Assembly (NCBI GenBank): GCA_030295235.1
Contig: AP026167.1
Span: 930,001-979,037, forward strand
Source: Fistulifera solaris
Taxonomy: Eukaryota
Length of the DNA stretch: 49,037 bases
Reading direction: 5' to 3'
The first letter of the stretch is position 1. Every line of letters begins with the position of its first letter. The notes below the pieces were generated by a model that did not search any database, was not told where the DNA came from, and worked only from the letters and a program-made list of their open reading frames with translations. A program made the position numbers and the translations under genes. Below are positions 24,584 to 36,295 of the stretch, piece after piece.

Positions 24584-26504
24584 CTTGTATTGTCCTTCGA
24601 GGGGCTAGCAGAAAATAAAGCAAAAAACGTGAGGAAAAAGATGCTGACGACGTTTATTGTTGAGGAGATGTTTCGTCGGAACATAAATGTAAAAAAAAAA
24701 GCAACGGATGTGGATGTTGGTGTGCCTGCATTCGGTGTTTTAGTTTTCCCGTTTCGGTATTTGGGTTTTCGGTACCGGTACCGGTACTGCTCGATTGACA
24801 ACGTGTTTACTTATTGATTGATATTTTTTATTTGTTGTTTGTTGAATAATGTTAAATGCCTTGCGTTCGTGTAATTTCTACCGACTTGTCCCGCTCCTGA
24901 CGTGGCTTGGGGAAGTTTGCGCTTGCGGCTTGCGCGGCCTGCAGGTAGTGCAGTTCGAAATTCTACGTAAATATTGACATTTGTCATCACAGTGTTCTGT
25001 GATTGCGATAGGCCGTTCCTAGTTCCTAACCTTTGTTGTCCGTAAGAATCGGAAGCGGGATTGCGCGTGGCGCGTAGTAACTACGGAGTAGTAATTACGT
25101 AGAAGAGTTAAGTTGTAATCTCGTTAATTATTACTCCGGTTTCGGCATTCGCCTTTCACCTTTCAACCCTAACAAAGAACCAAAAACGCCGCAAAGGTCC
25201 GCCCGTCCACCTATACAAAGTAGTCTACTATATAGTAGAAGAAAGAACAGACGGTAGTTTCACATCATCAAGAAAAGTTATGATTCTGGTGCCGAATTTC
25301 GGACTTAAGCATAGCATTGTTTAATTGTTGCTTGTCATTTGTGATTGTGCGGCCTGACGAGAATTACTCCGTGCTCCGAGTTATCCACCAAGGCTGCGCC
25401 CACGAAGGACCTGGACAAACAGAAACTTTAATGCGAATGGAACGACTTTCGGCTGGAATTACAATCCAAATCTCCTCGTGATGCGGTTGGAAGCCCTTAG
25501 GAACTATCCTGCATACACGGCGACTAGCTTTCTACAATTGAAGCTCATACCCTCATATAGCATAGAGACAAAAGCATTCTCCATCTCCAGCATATTTTTT
25601 GAACGGATGAAGCAGGAATAATTCCTCCTTCGTGTCATTAGCATCAACTACTGTCCATCTCTTTCTTGTGTTTGGTAGCTTGTTGCGCCATGATCTGCTT
25701 CAAGGCTTCAAGATACTTGTAGTTCATTTGTTGAGTTTATGGCTCTTGCACTTGGCATATTACCTGGTACTTGTACTTTTTACCATAGGTTAGGCTAGTT
25801 GACGCTGGACGCTGGACTGCTGGACTGCTGGACGTTTGGCTGTGCAATAACGATGATGCTTCAAAATAATGTTTTTCTAGTTTCTCTCTAGACTCTCTAG
25901 AGTATCCAGCATTTACTTCGTACTCCATATTCTACTCCGTAAATCTTAGATTTACCAACAGTCAACTTGTCAATTCACCGCTGCCCTTTTTCTTTTTTTT
26001 TTTCACGAAACCACAAACACTAAAATATTTATTTCTAATTTCCTCAAGTCAGAATATAATTTTGACATTCGACTGAATTTCCATTTTTCGTTTCGTCTAT
26101 CGCAAGCAAACAAATGGAGGGCTTAAATAATGATGATCCTGGTTAGCGTGGCTGAGAACAAAGAGCGGCTTGATTGAAAGACCAGCGCACGTTTGGGAAT
26201 CATCAAGTAACTCATAATTAATTACTATCGACTATCGGCGTAGTAGAGAGTAGAGGAAGATCAACTCGTGATTGACTGTCATCAGCTGCGGTACACTTTT
26301 GGCATACAAAGTATACCCGATAACCTTCTGCAGAGTACTCTAGAGAGTGCTTTGTAGATAGCACGAGGGTGACCGAGAAAGAAGAATGAGGAATGGGAGG
26401 ACGAGCTGCTTCATTTCGAATTTCGACGTTTTGCATTTGCCTCATTTGCATTTGATGCGGTGCATTTCAAGCGAGAAGCCGCATTTGCAGCATTAACCTT
26501 TTTC

Positions 26505-28137
26505 ATGACGACGACAATAATCAAACGTCTTGTTTTCTTCTTTATCGTGATCAAATGGGCTCAAAGTCAACAGGTAAACGATTGAAAGAGTTTTTCATTT
26601 CGAAACGATTCCCTTCAATCGTCTTTCTCTCATCTTTTTTTACCATCAAAGGTTGTTGACTTCTTTCCTTTTTCCCGCCTACCCTTCAAAGATGTGATTC
26701 CGATTGAAGACACACCGCAGCTTATATCAATTACTTTCGATGATTCTGTGACGCCTTACGCTTCCTTTCTTTTTCGAAAATCGCTCGAACGAACGATCCT
26801 CATACGGGATGTCATTTGAAAGCGACTTTCTACGTTTCAATCGAAGGAACCAACACAAAATGCGAGTACGTCCAAGGCCTGCGACAGGGTGGACACGAAA
26901 TTGCGACGCATACTCTCAATCATATAGGATTGCCGAATATGACACAGATTCAGGGAGCCGTTGACTGGCTAGCTACACGTTGTGGAGTGCCAAGAGAAGA
27001 AATGAGAGGCTTTCGAACTCCATTTTTGAACTGGAATGACAGCACTCTTCAGAATTTGCATCAACTTGGTTTTCTTTACGATTCTTCGATCGGGCCGGTC
27101 GATCATACGGAAAATCTGTTTGGAGGCAATCACACGTGGCCTTTCACACTCGAGCAAGCAAACATCAATCAATTTAAGACGGTGAAACCCGGAATCCAGC
27201 TTACTCCCGCTCCAGGACTCTGGGAGATACCCATGTGGTCTCTGTACGACAGCAGTAATCGAGCTGTCATCCCCATGGATTATCCGAATCCTAACGGAGC
27301 AAATACAGTCATCCCGAATCTAATCCATCCCAACTTTCTCAAGCATTACAACGGGAATCGGGCTCCGTTTGGACTATTCTTTCATGCGTCGTGGCTAGTA
27401 GCGAACGGAGATGCTTTTGCTACGTGGATTCAGAGCATCATGGACACCTATGATGATGTCTTTTCGTTACATCCTACGAGATCTTGCAGTGGATGAAAAA
27501 TCCCGTCCTGGCTTCGCAATATGTGCAAAGCTGTCCCAACCAGAGACTATGCTTCGCGCCCCGCAGCAACGGATGCCTCTTTGGGACCTTTAATGGAGTT
27601 ACTTGTCAGTGCGATTGTACTCCACCTTACTGTCGAGGCCCCGACGGAGCTTGCACCGAATTCGCCAAATGCCCGACGCAGCCTGTTGCTCCTGTGCCTG
27701 CGCCGACACCGGTCAATGCTCCTGTTCCGGTACCAACGCCGGTCAATGCCCCAGTTCCAGTACCAACGCCGGTCAATGCTCCAGTTCCAGTGCCCACGCC
27801 AGTCAATGCTCCAGTTCCAGTTCCAACGCCGGTCAATGCTCCAGTTCCAGTTCCAACGCCGGTATCCGTTCCGGTTCCAGTTCCAACGCCGGTATCCGTT
27901 CCGGTTCCTGTGCCCACGCCCGTTGTTGCACCAGTTGGCCCTAGTCAATGCTGTCCAGCTGGTTTTTCCGGATACCGTGCCTTTGATGGATGCAAGGCAT
28001 TTTATCGTTGCTTGAATGGAAACGTACTGAGTGGGTCGACGACTTATTGCGCGAGCGGTCTTCTCTTTGACGCCGCTCGATCCGTTTGTAACTGGGCACG
28101 AGCTGTTACGTCCTGCGTCGTGGATTCCTGCAATTGA
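26505..28137 (+). CDS. Secreted CE4 chitin-deacetylase-like protein with Cys-rich module, Pro/Thr linker and C-terminal CBM14/ChtBD2-type chitin-binding domain
   Basis: Exon 26505-26573, intron 26574-26651, then [22 protein letters not shown]. Motifs [38 protein letters not shown]. Tail [32 protein letters not shown]. Frameshifts near 26760-26815 and ~27470. Confidence 0.85.
27692..27925 (+). repeat. Coding 30-bp tandem repeat, ~7-8 units, encoding [20 protein letters not shown]
   Basis: Repeated ccagttccagt(t/a/g)ccaacgccggtcaatgct units visible directly. Confidence 0.95.
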
Positions 28138-28286
28138 TCATCGCAACTTTTATTGCCTATCGGAATGCATCCGTCGATACGCTTTTTCTGCTTGAAGCTA
28201 AAATGTTTTATAGATGTAGCCCCATTTTGCTAAACCAAACGAATAATTCGTAGGATGTTTCAAGCATGAACGAAATCTGGCTTTCT

Positions 28287-31200
28287 TTAGCTTGGTACAA
28301 CGCAAGTGAAATTAATTTTTAGAAGGCTGCGGGTAAAAGATGAAATCCTTGCACGCGGCTCGTCAAGAAGGAGGTGATAAGAATGAGGAACATCAGGCTT
28401 GTCCGGAATACAATGTCGCCAAAGCCAGCGTTGTGGTCTTCTGGATACTGACGACCTGCTTGGTAACCCCCAATCAGAAAAGATGGGGCGTGTCATGATA
28501 GAATAGAGAGATTTCCGAGACCGAAGCATTTTCCCCAGCTTACGGAATTGCTCTATCTGTTTATCTTCTTTCTCCGCAAAAATATCTCCTTCCTCCGACG
28601 GAGAAAGCGACAAAAGGAGAGAAAGCGGCAAGACTAAAGTTTGTATTTGCCCACACAAATCCACTTCCAAAAGAAGCTCTTTCGATGGAACAACATGCAT
28701 ACCGCAAATGTAACCCACAACCACATTAAACGAATTGCTACGACAGACTTCAAGTGAGCATACTGCTTGTAAGAGTCTAGACCTCCCCGCGGCGACTCGA
28801 ACCACTTTCGTAATAATAGCTCGCGAGGCGATGGGGCAGCCACAAACGCTGAATCACTTGTATACCGTCCAATTAAACAAGTTCGCTGCATGTCGTAGCC
28901 AGCTATGATAACATTTTGAAAGGCAGCTACAGCAAAGACGTTCTCCAGTAATGTGGATCGTGGTGAGTCGGTAACATCTCTGGTCAACCCGCATTTAAAC
29001 TCGTTTAGAGCGACAGAATCTTCACCCATCAGCCGCACAAATTTTCCGGATTCGTCTGATAGGAGAATGGACCAGCCAGAAGCTTGGTATTCAGCACTAA
29101 GCACTATCCCCACGATATTTTCCCGGAGAGGACACCAGGCAGTAGGTCGGTCGACCACCTGCTTCGACAAATTGACAAACAATCGGAAAAAGCTAGTAAA
29201 GCGCAACGTATCGCCGCAGTTTTTATGTGAGCCACAATCAATACCGCGTTTACCATCTCTTAGAACACAACACGAGCCTCCAGAAAGTTGCAATAGTCCG
29301 TTAAAGCGAATCGGTTTCACTTCGGTATTTTTTACTCGTAACAGGGTGTTTTCCTTTATTTCGTCAAGTTGCTCCTCGTTGGGATTCCATATGGTCAGGA
29401 TCGCATGTGTTTTATTAGAGTTTTGTAACAGATGGTCTTCTTGCGTTTGCACAAGGAGCCTAAGGAAAGACGTGCTAGGTACAGTCTCTTTACCAAGCTC
29501 GAAAAGCTTTTGCCCAATCTCCTTGAAAAGCTGATCATGAAGCAAAGAAGATCGCTCCTGCGCCCACCTGTCGACAGTCTGTCTATCGTGGGTATTCAAG
29601 CCATCGTAAAAGTCAGACGGTGATGGATGGCACGTCATTCTTTCCATACATCAGGCGCTGTGTCCTCGATACTCTTTGACTCGTCAGTTTGAATCTTTTA
29701 GTAACTCGGTTCTGTTCAGAAAACTTACCTTAAGACATTGTTCGCGGAATGACTCAGAGAGCTCGTCGACAATATCCAGCTTCAGAGCTTCCGATATTCT
29801 TATTCTCTCGCTTTCTTCCTGTTCGGAAAGTACTCGTACTAAACTGTCGTCTTGCTTGTGAAGAAACATCAAAGGGTCTCTTCGCAGCACCACCAGATCC
29901 ATCAAAGGTACTCTTCCTCCCTTTTGAAGTAAATCGCGTGTACTTTTTACGCGTAGGAGGCCTTCATTCACCCCTGAGAATCTATTTGATACAAACCCAA
30001 GTTTGGCGTTCCACTTTGCTATCCGACAAGAATTCGCGTATAGTATCAAAGCTGGACTTTTTTCTTCATCAAAGCTGTCAAAAGAAGAATCTAAGGGATC
30101 AACTCCGTCGTCAAAGCCCCTAAGACTGGCGCCACTTATCAATAGCTTTGTTCCGACCCGAATGCGCTCTTGTTGAATGAAACGTGTCAGCTGTAAATCG
30201 ACAATCGCACGTGTAGCGTACCACCCGTCACTTAATTCAATCTCGGCACACTCACAAATCGTGCCTTCCCGAGATGATTTTGGTTTCAGCTGTGAAACGC
30301 AAAGAATCATTAATCGCTGGGATGGAATATCACGATTCAACACCGCGCGAAGTGGCGAGCGAAAATTATCCTTGTTCTCGCGGTCGTGGCGTTCTCGAAG
30401 TTTTTCGACAACGTGCGAATACAAAAGACAGCGTCGTGAAAGAAACGCGGCGAATCTCCTCTCAAAAGACGCCAGCGTCCAAGTTATCCACCGTAAATGA
30501 TTGGCTAGCCATTTATCTGTCACGATGGACATTTTGCAGCCACGTCCAACCAACACCGCGCGAAAGTCGTCGAACGTTCCCAGATTATCTTCGTTGAAGT
30601 TATGGGTCTGCTGTAGTATGCATTTCGGTAGATACGATTCTTTATCGTACCGAACTGATGGACCATTGGTACTATCGACACAAAGAACTACATGTGGAAG
30701 ATCGATCAACGAAAGATCAATCGAGGAATTGGCCATAAGCCCCACTCTTTGTGCTTCCATGAATTTTGCAACAAGGTTGGATTCGTCTTGAGTCATCCTG
30801 ATGGTTTCGTCTACAATGGGATTTGTGGCTGGTTTCAAATTTTGTGCAGAGTCTTGTCGACACAAAGCGTCCAATTGAGGCGGAGGAGGTGATGGACATA
30901 ACGACACTCTTGCAACCATTCTTTTTTTTCGAGAGCATGAGTCTTCAATAGGTGAAAGAGGGAGCACCCAAGGAGAGGGATCTGACTGCCTAAAGGGAGT
31001 GACAGGATTCGCAGATTTTTTCGGTGTGGAGGCGTAACACGTACAAGGCAAGCGAACGCACACGTTGCATGACCATAAGCCGTGCTGATTATCGAGCTCA
31101 CGAACAGTACGTTCAAACTCGAATTCATTGTGTCCAGGTACCGGAATAGCGTGAGACCTGTCGGTAGAACAAGAAAGGGGAGAATTCGCTGACGACTTGA

Positions 31201-34200
31201 TACCATCATGGGAAATCCCTTCCGGCACGGAAGATATGGATTGGTATGTCATCTTGTCAGAAGCGATGCGATTCGTCGCATTCTGAAAGAAAGATGTGGA
31301 ATCGAGAGCAAGAGAAGGTGAATATTGTTCAACAGGCGGCGATGCCACAATCTGGCCAACATTACCCGCTAATATGTTCTTCGCATGCTTCAGAGCCCCT
31401 CCGATACCTTCACTATAGAGCCCGACCCAGCAGTAGCGAAAGCAGCAAAAGGAGATGACATGGAGGATCCCGCGTTATCCGACGACGGAATCGGAGGTGA
31501 TCTCGAATCTTCATCGCAAAAGCGCCCGCCTTTCTTATTGCATTTTCTGATGCCTGCACTACTGCACCCGATCCACCAGTAGAGAACGAAACTTTGGCAT
31601 TGTTTTTGGCGGAAACACTCGTGCTGGCTGACAGAAGTGATAATTCGTTTAATTCTTCGCAAAATAAAGCATTTCCTTTCTTTGATGCCTCCTCAGATTC
31701 GTCGACTAGAGAGCCCGATCCAGCAGTAGCGAACGCACGATAAGACGTAACCTGCTGATTCAGTGCTGGATTCAACGAGGAGCAGGAGTCTCCAACGAAA
31801 AGAGCATTCACCCTCTCTAGCGCCTCATCCGATACCTGCACTATTGCGCCCGATCCTGCAGTGGCGAATGAAGCAAGAGCGTCATTAGTGGCGGAATCAA
31901 TAGCACCAAATGAAAGATTCGGTACGGCATTTGAGCCTTCGCAAACTAAGGCGTTTCCCTTCTTCAATGACTCCGCCGGTACCATATTTATTGAATCCGA
32001 CCCAGCAGAAGCGATTGAGACGTAAGTAGAAGGTTTGGACAAAGTCGGTTGATTTGATGACAAGTTTGGCGATGGGATCGAGTTTCCGATAAAAATGCGT
32101 GCACCTTTTCAGGACCTCCTCAGATACCTTTACTAAGGAACCCGACCCATCAGTAGCGAAAGAAGGCAAAGCAGATGATTTGGAAGAGGCCAGCTGATTC
32201 GATGATGGAATTAACGATGAACCCAAATTTCCGCTAAAAGAGCGGTTCCCTTCTTTATTCGCTCATCAGAAACCTCAACTATCGATCCCGATCCGGCAGT
32301 GGCGAATGGAGCACAAGCGACGCTTTTGACAGAAAGAGTAACATCGACAGGCGTTTCTAATAGTGCGCTCGAGTCGCCGTTAAAAGAGCATTTCCCTTCT
32401 TTATTGCCTCATCAGAAACCTTCACTAGAGATCCCGATCCGGCAGTAGCGAAAGAAGGCAAAGCAGATGATTTGGAAAAGTCAGCTGATTCGATGACGGA
32501 ATTGAAAAAGAAACCAAGTTCCCACTAAATAGAGTGTTCCCCTTCTTCATTGCTTCCTCAGAAACCTTCACTAGCGATCCCGATCCGGCAGTGGTAAATG
32601 AAACACAATCATCGCTTTTGGCAGCAACAGTATTATCGGACGATACGTGTGGCAGCACAGTTAAGTCTCCGGTAAACAGAGCGCTCCCCTTCTTCAGTGC
32701 CTCCGCAGAAACCTCCACTATCGATCCTGATCCGGCAGTGGCGAATGAAGAGAAAGCAACCCGACTTTCAGCGAACACTTCAACAGTCGAACATGGAGCC
32801 AGGAGGTGTTTAACATCAGGACCAAGCAACTCTTTTGTCAGTTCGATGCCCACTCTGGACTCTTTATCAGCACTGCCACATTCAGTACAACTCCTAACAG
32901 ACTTTTCCTGTCCGGTTGGGGATGATGATAAACAAACGGTACAGGATGACCTACGTGTCCCTTCCCGACTCTGCTTGGGTAGTTCAACTGCATCGTCAAC
33001 TCCGACAGTCGAAACCGCATTTAAGAGAAGTCTCTTTCCAGCAGGGAGAGGTACCGACGAAAAACTTAAACCACAAGAATCGATTGTCTGTTCTGTGTCA
33101 AATACCTGTTTACGTAATTTCGATACCGTAAGGGAACCGGCAGTGGCGAGCGCGACAAAGTTAGTTTCTGATTCGGAAGACAAATGGAAGTCTAACGTGC
33201 TCGACGCAGAATGCAAGCTTGACTTTCCACTAGGCAACATGGTTGTCACATTCAACCCTTGCTCATTCCCTTCAAAAACCACATCCACTTCATCGACTGA
33301 GGTAACCAATGGAGCGTTGATTTCTGGTAAAAGCGCCTCGTCTTGATCGTTTTTTACTCCATGGATTAGAACTGAGGTGTTATCTGCAGGGATTGATTCG
33401 TGACATACTTCTTGTTGATGGGGAGTAAGCAGTCCGCTGCCTTGAAAAGATGAGTGATTCTGCATTGAATCGTACGATTGTAACGTCTCCTCACTCGATC
33501 GGGTATTGCGATGACTAGACGTGCGCGCCACAGGTTTGCCCGCATCGTATTCGTCTCTCTGCGATTGACTGGCAGGTGTATAAAAGAATTCAACTTTATT
33601 TTCTGTGGCAACTTTTTCAACGAACTTCGGTGTTTTCGTCGGTTTCTCGGTTGTAGCCTTGCCGTGAGAATGGAGAAGGTGGTTTTGTTTGTGATTTCCT
33701 TTGTCATTATCGCATATGTTCTCCTTCTCACAAGTGTCGTCATGTTGAACAACACTATCAGCCACGTTTAAAGCTTTCAGACATTGTTTAACTGCGTATG
33801 ATAACCCTTTCTTGCCATCTTCTTTGACGCATTGTGATTCTGCAGCGCTTGCCAGGTGTTTAGAATCAACACCGCCGTTCTCTGTGACGTGACGTTCCTC
33901 CTTCGAAGCTTTTTTCTGTGCACAGACCAAAGTCCGAATTTGAGTCTTTTCCGCTTTCCTTCATAAAGAGAGACGGTTCGGTTGCTTGGTGCTGTGTACG
34001 TACTAAAAAGCCAGCCTCGTGAACGTTGCGGCTTGTTTCAGTCAATGACTGTTCAATGTCTTCAGGAACTGCGAGCTCTATACCAAGATTTTCTATACAA
34101 GTATGAGTTTTGGGGGATAAGTGAGACGAAATCTTGCTTTTCGCAGCTTCCTCGTGGTCTTGCTTCGAGCTGCATTGCTTTGCGTCGCAAGCCAGCGGCT

Positions 34201-34489
34201 CATCGCGACTTGGTTGATTATCATTCACGCATTGATAAGTTCGTCGCCGACGTTTCCGTAGCCATGTCGCCACAATAGAAGAAGAGGTTGAAGAATTACT
34301 ATTCAAAGTAGATGCCGCTGATGTGTTGTCGCTTCTTGATAGCTCGGCAACCGGGCGATGAGACTCACAGGCTTCACATCGACGTCTTCGCGAAGGATTT
34401 TGTAAAGTGCAGCGAGTGCAAATCCAGCGTTCTTCTTCTCCTATAGATTCAAACGATTGTTTTTCAATTTCGAGCTTTCTTTTCGGCAT
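28287..34489 (-). CDS. BRCA2: BRCA2 homologue (BRC repeat array, helical domain, OB folds); several frameshifts and at least one intron (donor ~29728)
   Basis: About 10-11 F-x-T-A-G..V-S...L-x-K...L-F BRC repeats (33150-31390). Helical domain KWLANHLRWITWTLASFER..LRERHDRE..RSPLRAVLNRD. OB1 MILCVS..IELSDGWYATRAIVD..RIRVGTKL..LYANSCRIAKWNAKLGF. Downstream OB-like LTIWNPNEEQL. Confidence 0.9.
31390..32760 (-). repeat. Coding BRC-repeat array, ~140-150 bp period
   Basis: Recurrent plus-strand cccgatcc(g/a)gcagt(g/a)gcgaa at ~145-bp spacing, corresponding to FATAGSG on the minus strand. Confidence 0.9.
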
Positions 34490-34592
34490 GGTTATTGAAA
34501 AGGTCAATGGTCATTGTTATAGTTCATGAAAAGAAAATGATGATGAGCCCGGCTTCGCAGCAAAAATGCGCGTTTGTGAAAAACAGCAGCGC

Positions 34593-34785
34593 CCGGATTT
34601 TCTAGACAAGTCAAAATATCGCACACCCAGATTTTCTGGGTGATTGAAAACAAATCTCCGCCGGATTTTCCGTGGACAACACATAATTATCTCCCGTGGG
34701 CATGAAAACACCAATACCCAGATTTTCTGGAAACTTGAAAGCAAAACTGGACCAGATTTTCTGAGGACGCGAAAGCAAGACGTGC
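34593..34785. promoter_or_regulatory. Phased array of CC(A/G)GATTTTC motifs upstream of BRCA2
   Basis: Copies at 34593, 34627, 34661, 34718, 34752 (spacing 34, 34, 57, 34). Regulatory role is inferred from position only. Confidence 0.45.
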
Positions 34786-36295
34786 GTGCACTGAGGTAGC
34801 GTTTCGTCAAACCTATCCAGATCTATTGATGAGCAATAGTGTAAACATAAAGCGTACCCTGGTACTTCCATTGCTTTCAAGAAATTCATTATCTTATGAG
34901 GTCTGATGATGCTATAATTTTTCTTGACGAAGCCTAAAGCCACCCAAAACCTTACCTGGTATCAAGCAGACCTTGCAACAGATGACATCATTTCATGAGA
35001 AAAACTCAGCCCCAAGACAGCCACAGGTAAGGCGTTGTCCTTCGTCTCGATAATCCTTTGAGAACGAGCGCCATTTGGTATGCTGGGTGTCAGATCGATG
35101 GACTGTCTTGTAGACGAAAGCTCCGCTTGTGCGATATTGCATTTCGAAGAACGCTCAGTATATCTGAGTGGCTTGTTAAGAAAAGAATTTAAGCGATCCC
35201 CCAGTGGGAGACACACCTTGAGAATGTGCAGAAAGCAGAAAACCATCGACAATTATGCGATTCCCCGGATGAGAAAGATAAAGAACTGTCACTTGATAGG
35301 TCGTCGCAATTTTCATCGACAACCACCCTGAACTTTTCGAGCATCATTTTGTGGCCACTGCTTGACGATCACGATGATATATTGCGGCGGGGCAGCAAAA
35401 TTTAACGATTCTTCCTTGCCGGCCTCAAAATCCTTATTCATGTTTCTTGACCAAGAAACTTGTTCAGTCGATTTACGCATTGTCGACGAGATGGACCTAT
35501 TCTTGCCATGCACATTGCGAATTTTGCTCTCGCCAAGAGGCAATGGAAAATGGTTACGAAGTGTTCAAAATGTGAAACCAGAGTTAAATGCGGTTCTGCT
35601 GCGCACAAAGCTTTTCGATTTCTATTGGGACGACGATGCTGTATGAAATACCAATAAATGATGCTTCTCATTAGACATCATGTATTTGTGTAAACATTAT
35701 TGTTTGCTCACTGTTCCCCTTCACCGTGCCTGGTTTTATTTTTGTTCGCATTTTGGATGATGATTATTCAGTCGAATGTTGGAGGTGGAAGTCTTGTTGT
35801 GTTCCTTCTTCTTCTTCATTCTTCGTGTCATGCTAATCGAACACACCCGAACACCCCAAACAACATGCGCCGAACGCCTTCGCTGATAAGGCAGAATAGT
35901 CGTCCCTCAAGTTTATAATTCACAATCACAAAGGGCAAAGGCTATAAACGGAAGTAATGACATTACGTACCATACCTAACTATCTACTATTGAGTATTGA
36001 GACTTGAGACAAGCCACAAGCCCCAAAATGACTCTATCTAGACTCTAGACTCTAGAGACTACTTCGTACGACTTAGCCAAGTACGTTCCCATCGTTTATT
36101 GTTGATTCTTTATTCCCATTCTTGTTCTTGAATCTTGACAAACTGGTGACTATTTTCAATCCCGGTCTGATCTACGAATACGGAGTAATAACCGAGGTTG
36201 TTCCTCATCTATGGCGCTCAAGCCAACCTACGAGTCCAAGACAAGCGAAACAACAAGCTAGAAGGAAACACATTACGTGAATGCGCTTGTCCACT

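Noticed and set aside
27547..27948. Repetitive ORFs in other frames (RRWNWN, GTGTG, QCSSSS)
   Set aside because: Alternative readings of the 30-bp Pro/Thr linker repeat.
34593..34785. CRISPR array interpretation of the phased repeat
   Set aside because: Core is only ~10 bp, units too short, no cas genes, eukaryotic nuclear context.
35080..35646. Two + strand ORFs that could be one frameshifted gene
   Set aside because: No start context or recognisable domain; cannot be supported without transcripts.
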